Assembly: GCA_965112735.1 (NCBI GenBank)
Contig: OZ218964.1
Coordinates: 62,001 to 126,000 of the forward strand
Direction of reading: 5' to 3'
DNA from: Phaeosaccion multiseriatum
Lineage: Eukaryota; Protista; Ochrophyta, other classes
Length of the DNA stretch: 64,000 nt
The notes beneath the pieces are model-generated. The model was not told the DNA's origin. It did no database searches and worked only from the letters and a program-made list of their open reading frames with translations. Positions 26,425 through 36,897 of this stretch are shown one piece after another. Position numbers and translations under genes: made by a program. Numbering within the stretch: position 1 is the stretch's first letter; the number at the start of each line of letters is the position of its first letter.

Positions 26425-29400
26425 CTCTGCTGCTTCTGACTGTCCTCTGCAACCCCCCCCCCCCTCTGCCCGTCCGCTGCCATCCCTCCCTGCAGGACTC
26501 GGGTGTGCTGCCCACCGGGGACATCATGGAGGTGCTGCACGCCGTGGAGGCGGACCCCTCCCACCCCGGCTTCTACGGCACGCGCAACCTGCGCCTTTCA
26601 TTGGACTACTACGACGCCGCCAGGACGCTGAGCGTGCTCGTGAGGGGCAGGGGCGGTTACGTGGACCTCACGCTCGACCTCGAGTGCTCCAGCGATATCG
26701 ACTATGCCACGCTCTTCCAGGTGTGTGACAGGGGCGGCTTTGAGGAGAGAGGGGGCTTGCTGTCCACGCTCTGTCCTCCCGCTTCTCATGCTGTTTCGTC
26801 GCTCCCACGGTCGTGGTGCCCCCCTCAGGAGGAGGAGGAGGATGATGATGGTGATGATGATGATGATGATGATTATTATTATTATTATTATAATCATTGC
26901 CGGTCCTTGCCTGTCTCCCTCGCTTCTCTTCAGGGCTTTCTCTTGCTCAAGATGAGGCGGGTACAGGCAGAGGAGGAGCAACAGCGACAACAAGAGGAAG
27001 AGGAAGAGCGCCTCCTCGCCGCGCAGGCCGAGCCCACGCCCCGTGTGACCCCCCCCCTCGACGGCAGCTTGGGCTTGGGTCTGTCTGCTTCAGGAACAAG
27101 TGCCCCCAGTGGGGGGGGAGGAGCGCGCTCCAGGCGGGGGGGGGAAGAGACTGCAGCCCCGGCAGACAGGCTGCGGCCTCGCTCTGTGAAGAGGGTCAAG
27201 AGGACGGACGCAACCCCCGCGAAGGTCAAAAGGACGGAAGCAACCCCCGCGAAGGCTGCAGCCAAGACCACAGCCAAGGCCTCTGCTGATGCCGCGGCCG
27301 GCGCAGGCCCTTCATCCTTGAAGAAGAGACTGGCGGAAAGTCTGGCAAGGCCCAAGAGCATGCTGCGTCGAGAGTCCCTCGGCAGCGAATACGACGCCGT
27401 CGCGGTAAGTAAGGAGGAACGGGACCGTGGGACGGGAGGGGGTGTTGAGGGATAGAGTGGGATGTGAAAGAGAAGGAGTGCGGGTGCATCGGCAACAACG
27501 CCCAACAGCACGGCTCTGTGCGCTGCTCACTGTCCGCTATCCACTGTCGAACTTGCTTGCTTGCTTGCTGCGTGGCAATGGCGCTGCTGCAGATGCTGAG
27601 CCCTCCGCGTGGCAATAGAAGCCCCTGTGCGGGAAGCCCTCGCTTGGGCGGAGAGAGGCACCGTATGCCTAAGACCTTCGGTGTGGTGCGTCCGGATAGC
27701 CCGAGCAAAGTCGTGTCTGACGTACTGAAGAGAGCCTCGACGGCGGCGGCCAACGCGAGCGGGGGATGGGGCTGCGGCCTCGAGGAGATGGAGGAGGGCA
27801 TGCGGAGAGCGGCGCCGGGGGGGGGGAAGGAGGGAAGGGGGGAGCTCTCTCGGGCGCGAGAGGCGCGTGAGACGAAGCGACTGCGTGACATGCTGGACGC
27901 GTATGGGGAGGGGGAGGACGACGAGGACGAGGAGGACGGCATCGAGGGAAGCGACAGCCTGGACGCCTTCGGAGCTCAGTGCCAAGTCGAGAGCACACGG
28001 CAGGCTGCGGCGGCCAAGAAGCTCCTCCGAGAGACCCTCGGCGGCGACGAAGGAGAAGAGACGGAGACAGAGGACGAAGAGGAAGAGACGGAAGACGAAG
28101 AGGACAGCAGCGATGATGATGATGGCGAAGACGACTGTGAAGGGGCGCGGTCCATGCTCCGGAGCGGGCTGGAGGGCCTGCACAAGCTCGGCAAGCTCGG
28201 CAAGGACAAAGCCAAGGAGAAGGCGGGACACGTGCGCTTAAGGATGGGACGTATGCCAAACTCGGGCTCCATGTAAGTCACAGTGACGACAGCCCCCCCT
28301 GATCGCGTCCGCCCGCAGCCCGGTAATCGCTCTCTCTCTCTCTCTCTCTCTCTTTGCACCGCACCGCAGGAGGCCCAAGAGTGGCACCGCGACCGCCGTG
28401 ATGGAAAGGGGCGTGGGCCCCCCTCCGCTGTACTTCCTGGGCTGGAACAGTGCCGGAACCAAGATCTGGAGCCGCCTACGCATGGCCTCTCTGCAGGTTG
28501 AGAAGCTCCACAGCCTGCATAGAGACGAGGTCATGCTCAAGATACGCCTCACCAAGGAGAGGCAGGAGCAAGTGGCGGAGGAGATCGGAGTGAAGCTGCG
28601 CAAGAGAGACGGCACCATGGGCAAGTACAAGGCCTCGAGAGAGAGGGCTTTCACGGGGGTGGGGCCGGGCCGCCAATCGGTGTTCCGCACCAGCGAGAGT
28701 CAGGCCTTCATTGACTACGCCGTGCGCAGGTGAGCTCTTGGGCTCGTCATCGATGAAGTGATGACAGGGAGGCTGTTCGGTTCAAACAGCAGCTCCGTTA
28801 GTTGTTTGCTCTCACCCCTCGTGCGGCGCACCGCCCCGTTCCTTCTCCCTGCCTGCCTGACTGCCTACCTGCTGCCTGCTGCCTCCTCTCCCCTCCCCTC
28901 CCACCCACGGAGCAGTAAGGTGCAGGCCGGAGGGGCCATGCTGGACGAGGGAGACGAGCTTGGCAAAGCTGTGGCCAAGCGCCTCCCTCTGCACAACAGG
29001 CAGAAGCTCGACGAGCTGTACCGCGAGTGGGTGACGTATTGGCGGCCCAGTCATCCCCGCCCACGGCCCAGCTTCAAGTCCGCCCTGCCGCGCTTCGTCA
29101 ACGACGTACGCGAGATGCTGGACAATTCGGGTGCCATCCTACGCGGGGCAGGCGAGCAGCCCCTGGAGGAGGTGGCAGACTACTTCGGAGAGGCCATCGC
29201 CTTTTACTTCGCGTGGATGCAGTTCTACACGCGCTGGCTCGTGGTGCCGTCCTTCTTCGGGGTCATCCTCTTCGCTTGCCAGGTGCGTGGGTGAAATGGA
29301 TCGTGTCTTTCCTCCTCCTCCTCCCCTCACTCACGTGTGTGTGTGTGTGTGTTTACCGCAGGTGCGTGCCCGCAACCTGGACCACCCCCTGGGCCCTCTG

Positions 29401-30778
29401 TACAGCGCCCTCATGCTGCTGTGGTCCACGGCCTTCCTGGTGAAGTGGCGGCAGCAGTGCTCTCGCATGGCCTATCGAAGGGGCGTGCTTGACTTTGAGG
29501 TACGTGCGTGGTGTGTATTGGAGGGATAGGGTATGCACAAAGGAGACAGTCGGCAGGCGAGTCTCCCTGTCTCACATATGCCCTCCCTCTGTGCCCCTTG
29601 TCCGACGGCGGCAGGTGGAGGAGCGGCAACGACCCCAGTTCAGGGGAGCGCAGCAGGCGGCGGCAAGGCAAAAGGCCAAGAGGCAGAGGGCGGCCGCGGC
29701 GGGCAAGGGCGCGAAGGGGGCGGCAGCAGCAGCCGACCAGCAGCAGCAGGCGTCCCAAGGGGGCGGGCTTAAGGGGCGGTTGGGAAGGCTGCTCGGCAAG
29801 GCAGCGGCGGCAGCGCCATCAAGCACTCCCAAGGACGAGGGGAAGCTCGAGCAGGGGGAGGCTTCCCACCCCACGGCCGGGGCACGAGTGCGAGTGCCCG
29901 CACCGGCAGCGACGGTAGCGACGGGAGGCACACCCTCCTCACCCCTCGCTGCGAGGGCGGCGGAGTTCGAGGGCAAGGAGGACTTTCTGCTGTACCCGGA
30001 CTGGAAGCGCTGGCTGACGTACTGCTTCACTGTGCCCGCCTCGTTCAGCTTCACCGCCTGCGTCTTGTGGGGCATGGTCAAGAGTGAGTCGTCGGAGGGA
30101 GGGAGGGAGAAGGCTAAAAAACCCTTCATGTGAATGCCGATAGACGCTGACGCTTTCCCGCCCCGTGGCTGCCTGTGTTCCTCCGCTCTCCCCTCTCTAC
30201 TCTCTACTCCCTTGTTCTCTGCTGCCGATAGTCTTCCAGATAAGAGATGTGGAGCCTCCCACAAGCCTTCAGGACATGCAGAGCCTGGGCTTTTGGGGCC
30301 ACCTGCTGCTCTTCCCCTGTCTGTACGGCATCGCAATCCCCATGCTGTACCAGGCGAGTCCATGGGCGAGTCAAAAGTCTGAGCTCTGGTCAGCTCTGGG
30401 GGTGGGAAGAGGGGTGGCGCACGCACACACAGAGTAAAGCCTCACTTCCCTCCCCTCTCAGACAGTAAAGCCTCACTTCCCTCCCCTCTCTCTCTTTCGC
30501 CCCTCCCCCAGGCCTGCAAGGTGATCGGAGAGAAGCTCTGCAACATGGAGAATCACGAGTTTGAGTCTCAGTACCGCAACAGCCTCATCGTTAAGGTGTT
30601 CTCCTTCCGCTTCGTCACCGTGTTCGCGTCCCTGTACTACTTCGCCTTCTGGAGCGATCAGGGCAGCTCCAACTGGAGGATGCTGCGCCTGGCCGCCTCA
30701 CTGCTGACCTTCATGACGGTGGGGCAGTGGTGGTACATGACGTGGATGACGTACATCCCCTACAAGGTTAGCGCGCAC

Positions 30779-30829
<51 letters not shown>

Positions 30830-31466
30830 CGTCTGTTCATTACTTAGTCCCTGCGCAGCTCCTGTGCCGCCCACTCCACTCACTTCGCTGAATGCGCCTC
30901 TCATGTGTGGCAGCTCCAATCTCGCAAGATCACGAAGCTGCGAGAGGCCGTGGCGCAGGAGCACGAGAAGATCGAGCAGCTCATGGAGGGAGGGGGCGGC
31001 GCAGACGGCACAGACGCGGCGGACGAGGCCACAGTGCTCAAAAGAGAGTTCCGCAGAACGCTCCTCAAACAGGCCCGTAGCTCGCTGTGGGAGGAGGCCG
31101 AGCTCAAGGTAAGCACATCAGTATCAACGCGTCCTGCAAGCGCAACTTGGCTCACTTGGCTGCCCCTCCGCCCCCCCCCTGCAGGAGTACGACCTGTTCG
31201 ACGACTACACCATGTCTCTGATCCAATTCGGATACGTGACGCTCTTCTCCATGGCCTTTCCGCTCGCGCCGCTCATCGCCCTCGTCAACAACCTCGTGCA
31301 GGTACACATCACAGGATGGCGACAGGGTGGGAGTGAATCACCAATAGTCTCGGAGCGTGCCCGACCACCATTCCTGTTCCCTCCCCGCCCACTTTCCGCC
31401 CCCCCACCCAGGCTCTCCGCTGTTCCCCCTTCTCCCCTCTCCTAACCCCTCCTCCTTGCGCCGCTC

Positions 31467-31504
<38 letters not shown>

Positions 31505-32884
31505 CTTTCTTTCTCCCTCTCTCCTGTCACTCCTGTCAGATCCGAGTTGACGCGTACAAGCTGTGTCGCACGCGTCGGCGGCCCGTGGCGGTGAAGACGT
31601 CGGGCATCGGCGTGTGGGACAACGTGCTCGAGGTCATGACCTTCGTGGCTGTCATCACCTCGTGCGGCATCGTGGGGAGGACGAGTCAGCAGCTGTGGTC
31701 GTGGCTGCCAGCCCTGGACGACACCTGGAAGGTTGGTTAGGAATGGGAGACGGGAGGGAGGCTTGGCTGGGGCCCTCCGTGGTACCTACCTCCTGCCTGT
31801 CTCGGAGCTGCTGGACTGAGGGCGCCTCCCTGCCTGTCTGGCCGCTGCTGAGCGCCGCTTGGGCTGCACTCCACGAACACGATGGCACTGGCCGATGGCA
31901 GTGGCCGCCTCCCCCCTTCCCCCCCTCCCTCCCTCCCTCCCTCCCTTCCCGTTCATCCTCTGCCCTCTCTATCCTCTCACCCCCCCTCCCTCCCCCCCTG
32001 GACACGTCTGTTGCAGTTTTTCGTGATGGTGATCATCGAGCACGCTATTCTGTTCCTCAAGTACTGGCTCGAGTCCACCGTGCCCAGGGTGCCCCAGAGC
32101 GTGAGTGCATGCCTGTATGCCTGCATGGGGCTCATGAACAAGTGCAAGCGCAAATTACTCCACCAACGTGTTTGTGTTGCTCACCAAGTGCCGCCCCTGT
32201 CTGTTGCCTATATTGCCTATTGTTGACCGCATGACATTCGAGCAGGTGGTGAGGCGCCAAATGCGCGCACGCAAGGAGAGGGAGGCCGAGGCGAAGGGGA
32301 GGAGAAAGTTTTTCGGCGCTGCAGGGGGGGGCGGCAGGAGCAGCCTGGAGGGCAAGAGGAGCAGCGTCAGCGGAGGGGGAGGGCCGGGTATGACGGGGGG
32401 ACGGCGAGGCATGAGGGCCATGGGGCGCAGCCACTCCATGCAGAAGGGCCTCAGCACGCCGCCCAAGGACAAGACGCCAGGACCTGCTGATGCGCTCGAG
32501 CAAGAGGTGGAGCAAGAGGCGGCGGCAGCGGGAGGAGGAGCCGTCCCGTCTATCCCGTCTACGTCTTTGTTCGCCCCCGCTCCCTCTGCAGACGGGCTAC
32601 GCAGAAGGCGCTGCAGCAGCCACAGCCACAGCCACCAGGGCAGCGGTGATGGCGTCGTCGGCGCTGGTGATGGGGGGGGCAGCGAGGATGGAGATGCTGC
32701 TGCTCCCTTGTGGGGGGGGACCAGTCAAAGCATCATAGAAGCGGACTTCGCCGCGGATGACGAAGACAGCGAAGACAGCAGCGGCAGCGGCAGCGAGGTG
32801 GAGGGCAGCGGCAGCGAGGGGGAGGGCAGCAGCGGGCAGCGGCGGCTCGACCCCATCGAGGAAAGCAGCTCAGACTCGGACTGA
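23421..32884 (+). CDS. Anoctamin/TMEM16 family protein with long N-terminus and inserted PH-like domain
   Basis: Motifs QPLEEVADYFGEAIAFYFAWMQFYTRWL, ENHEFESQYRNSLIVKVFSFRF, DDYTMSLIQFGYVTLFSMAFPLAPLIALVNNLVQ|IRVDAYKL..RRP..GIGVW, IEHAILFLK..P..P. Stop TGA at 32882-32884. The 5' exons (23421-, ~23880-, 23988-) are tentative; the alternative start is ATG 24252. Confidence 0.92.
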
Positions 32885-33023
32885 GTCCTCGAGAGCAGGT
32901 CACACTCGGACTAAATAAACTCTACATACATGTACATTTAATCCTGCAACCAGCACCAGCGATGAAGCACTATTGGAAGAGGGGGGAAGGAATGAATTTA
33001 TTGACTTATTTCTCTTCTCCCCC

Positions 33024-33112
33024 ATCTTCCCTCAGATGGCACTTAAGGGTGTAATATATCAATAATCTTCCCTCTGGCACTTAAGGGTGTAATATATCAA
33101 CCATCTTCCCTC
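33024..33112. repeat. Tandem direct repeat (period about 38 bp) in intergenic/promoter DNA
   Basis: tggcacttaagggtgtaatatatcaa occurs at 33037-33062 and 33075-33100, with atcttccctc occurring three times around the copies. Confidence 0.9.
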
Positions 33113-33176
33113 TTTTAACCCATCACACCTTCCGCGACGTGTGAGACAGTTGCGGCAGTGGCACAGTAGCGGTGAG

Positions 33177-33866
33177 ATGTCGAAGGCAGGGTCCTTTGTG
33201 GTGGGGGTGGCAGCGAGCTGGGGGGCCTACTATTACACGTCAACGACAGCTCACGAAGGCAGGAACAAGTGCATCAAGGTTATGGGGGGGGAGGCTTTTT
33301 CACCAGCGCACAAGTACTTTAAGGAGGAGGTATGTATGTGGCACAGAGAAGAGGAGCGCTCTCTGGCGTAGAAAGAAAGGACGCTTCGAGAGAGGGCGGA
33401 GAAGGGAACCATGGAACTAACTGTCTAGCGCTCTGGACTTTTGTCGTGCACCCCCATCCCCCCATGTCCTGTGCTGGTACCGACCGTGGCGGCGAGATAG
33501 GTGGACTGTGCCAGAGCGGGGCTGAAGAACTTCATTCCGTCCTCGTTCTCCTCCTCGTTCACCCCGGCGGTGTCCTCCAAGGCTCCAGGAGGGCAGGCAC
33601 CACAGAAGCTCCAGACGGGCTCACAACACGTCGGTGACGCAGGCCGTGACCTAAGGGGGGCCTCCGGGAGCGGCGGGGGGGCCAGCGCGTCTGGCACTGA
33701 CGACGACGACGCGCAGCATTGGTTCATGGCCACCACCACCGACAAGTGGAACTCTGCCGTCTTGAAGCTGCGTGACGGCCTCGCCAAGCCCGCCCCGCTC
33801 GTGGACAGCGTGGTGCGCAAGGCAGAGGATGTCTGGGTGCGGTTCGGTGGGCGCCCTTTTAATTAA
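33177..33866 (+). CDS. Small 2-exon protein with N-terminal hydrophobic segment; possible MICOS Mic12/MIC13(QIL1)-like subunit
   Basis: Exon 33177-33329 (MSKAGSFVVGVAASWGAYYY..), GT-AG intron, exon 33501-33866 containing DKWNSAV. An N-terminal TM plus a 'WN..V' motif recalls Mic12/QIL1. The gene is likely real; the family call is weak. Confidence 0.55.
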
Positions 33867-33939
33867 AATAGACTATAGTGAAAGCGGGGGATGCCCCAAA
33901 AGGCTGCGATGGCAGTGCCCAAGAGCCTCGCGAGGAGCT

Positions 33940-36594
33940 CTATATGCCCCCGCCACCGTGGTTCTCAAAGAAGTTCAAGTCGATCAGGAAAAGCGTTCCA
34001 ATCAAGTTGCCCTTGGTGGCGCTGTCGACGTTTGGCGGGAATCTTACAGCGAACTTGTCCGCGTCTGTGAAGAGCTCGGTGCCAAGGCCGCCCCAGACCT
34101 ATAGAGCAGGCCAGAGAACACAAGAGAGGAGAATCGGGGGGTTAGAAAGAGAACAGAGAGAAGGGGAAGAGTGTGGACGACTGACCTTCTCGATGACTCC
34201 CAAGTTGTTCTGTTCCGTCCCTGTGAGAGAGCACGGGAGGGGGGAGACAAAGTCAAACAGGCGCGGCACAGGATATGCAGTGTGGCGGGTACGGCGTAGG
34301 CAAGCAAGCAACAAGCAAGCCTCACCCGTCTGGCCAGGGGGCATAATGTAAAAGGGTAGACTGCACACGCAGCATCCCTTGTGGCAGCAATGAACGCAGC
34401 AGCCTCCGCAGCACGTGGGAGGGCTGACGTCGTAGGTGTGCACGTTGTGAGCGTCATAAACCTTGAAGAAGGGGACACACCAGTAGAATGGCAGCTTGGT
34501 CTTGCCGATCATTCCGTTTGTGCCTGAGAGAGGGGGGAGAGCGGAGAGTGGAGAGGAGCTCACGCGCTAAGTGCTTAGGCAGGCTGGGGGGCGTCGGACG
34601 AAATACAAGTAGAGCGAGCAGGGAGCTCGAGGCCCCTTGTTCCTACTCCACCCCTTCCTCCCCGCCTCTTAACCACTCACCGGCGTCGAACACCGTGATA
34701 GCTTGTCTCCAGCAGCATTGGCAGGGCGCGGCGGGGCATCTCAGGGGCCTCTTCATGCTCAGAATCTGCTCCCCCCCGGCGCCCCCACCCGCAGTGACGG
34801 ACATGGTGAAGGGGCGCATGGGCCCGCAGCATATTCGAATGCAGCAACCCGAGTCCTCATTGGCGTGCATCACGTCGAAGCTTTTGTTGGCGAGGGTGGC
34901 GATCTTGTACCTGGGAGAGAGGAGGCCACACACACAGAGACAAGACATGCACAGATCAGGGGGGGGGGCGTTGGACGCACGAGAGCGAAAGACAGATCGG
35001 CGCCTGACGCCACACGGTGGGCGTAGGAAGTCAACGTTGGGGTGTACCGGAGATCCAAGGGCTTCGCTCATATAGACGCAAGGGTTTCTCTCATACTCAC
35101 TCTTGCTTGGCTGAAGAGACGACGAAGCGGTGCGGGCGAGGAAGGGACATGGCCAGGGCAAGGGGTTGGGTTCAGGGGGGAGGGGGGGGGGGAATACAAG
35201 TGCAAGGGAGTACTGTAGAGCAGGCTTGGAACAAAGATGTATGATCGAAACATTGAACACGGACCAAAGCAGGGGAGAGGGTCATGATGCAGATGCTTCT
35301 CTCTCTGTGTGGCACCCAGATGGTGGACAGGACAAGTCAACACGCAAGTCAGTGCCCACCTTCACAGCCAAGGCACTCCTGCAGCCATCCTTTGCGGCTT
35401 TGCTTCACGAACAAGTCCGACTGATGTGCAAGGTTCCTGTCCATGACGTTGCCAGATGGAGCAGCCTGTGGAGAGAACAAGTGCTCAAATGTAAGATGTT
35501 GCGTTCTCCACAAACACCTTTCCGGGGCACGCAATGTGCGCGGTCTCAGGAAACCACCGCTACTCCATCTCTCGCCAATCTCTTTCGCCCTCTCTCCTCC
35601 TCACCTGCTGGCCCTGCACTAATACGGCGCCAGGCACGGGCTGGGCGTACTGTACTAATACGGGCTGTGGCTGTCCGTACACCACCTACCATTCGAGCAA
35701 TTCGACGAGAGAGGATCGAGAGGGAGGGTAGGCGGGAAAATATGCAGAAGACAAGAGGAAATACACAAGAGGCAGGCAGTAGTAGCAGCAGCAGCAGCAG
35801 CAGTTGGGGATTCAGCAGCAGGGCGGGGGGGCGTCGGGAATACAACATATATTTTCTCCAAGAACTTTCCGGTGCAAGCAGTGTCTCCTATGTGGGCGTC
35901 TCACGAGCTACCCGTAGACAAGTAAGATGTTCGCAAAGGGACCAATCTCTCTCTCTCTCTCGTGTGTGTGCGTGTGTTCCTCACCTGCTGGCCCTGCACG
36001 GGCTGTTGGCCATAGGGCTGTTGGCCATAGGGCTGTTGACCATACTGTAGGAGTTGTCCGTGAAAACAAATGAGAGAAGAGAAAACGGGAGCAGAGGGGA
36101 GAGCAGGAGGGTGGGCCGAGAGGAAGGTGTGTCAGATGATGTGTTCTCCGCAGAACGTTCCGCGGCACGCGTTTCTTAAGTGTTGTTGTGAGCTCTTCAT
36201 GTCTGTTTCACTCTCTCTTCCTCACCTGCTGGCCCTGCACAGCGGCGGCACCAGGCACGGGCTGGCCATACTGGTTATTAGACTGCAGCTCGAGACAAGA
36301 AGAGGAAGAGGGGAGAGGGGGGGAGAAGGGGAGAGGGAAAGAAAGTCGGAAGATGAGAGAGGAAAGATAAAAGAGGAGCAAGCAAAAGCAACAACAGCAG
36401 CAGAGCCACCAACAGAAACGTATGAAGTAGCGGCTGCAAAGCAGCAGAAGCAGCAGCAGTAGCGTAGCGCGGCGGCGGGGAGGGGGGGAGGGGAGGAGAG
36501 AAAAAAAAGAAAGTAACAGCTGGAAAATGACCCCGAAAAGTCTCAGACGGCCTGTTCAAAGCATGTTCTCTTCTTCTACTCCCGCACGCACCAT
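33940..36594 (-). CDS. Phospholipid scramblase (PLSCR/Scramblase family), about 10 exons
   Basis: Spliced: LFVKQSRKGWLQECLGCE|AKQE|YKI..ANEDSGCCIRICCGPMRPFTM..KRPLRC..CCW..GVIEK|VWGGLGTELFTDADKFAVRFP..KGNLIGTLFLIDLNFFE, stop TAG at 33940. P/Q/Y/G-rich N-terminal exons are typical of PLSCRs. The first coding exon is inferred to be ATG alone (36592-36594). Confidence 0.92.
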
Positions 36595-36843
36595 GCTTCT
36601 CTCTCCTCTCTTCTTGGTTTGCGCGCTGTGCGCGTTTCCCTTTGTGTTTGTTCAAGTCTTTTTTTCACCCCTTGGATGGAAAGCCACTGTCCAGTTTCAG
36701 TTTCAGTTTCAAATCCCCCAACGGCGAGATCGCGAGTGACTTGACGCAATAAAAGACAAAAGAAAAGTGGAGGCGGAGGAGGAGGAGGGAGGAGGAAGCA
36801 CAGAGGGAGGAGGAGAGGGAAGGGGGGAGCGGGAGGGAGGAGG
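36595..36843. promoter_or_regulatory. Putative bidirectional promoter (scramblase / coiled-coil gene)
   Basis: About 250 bp between inferred divergent ATGs; contains T-rich and (GTTTCA)3 tracts. Confidence 0.5.
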
Positions 36844-36866
36844 ATGATGGCTGCTAAGCAGCATCC

Positions 36867-36897
<31 letters not shown>

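Noticed and set aside
33037-33100. Possible CRISPR-like repeat-spacer
   Set aside because: Only two copies with a 12-nt gap that is itself repeated, in eukaryotic context with no cas genes.
36691-36710. (GTTTCA)n as a promoter motif (also near 23177)
   Set aside because: The same hexamer repeat occurs in introns (about 56388, 56700 and 63904), so it looks like a generic SSR.
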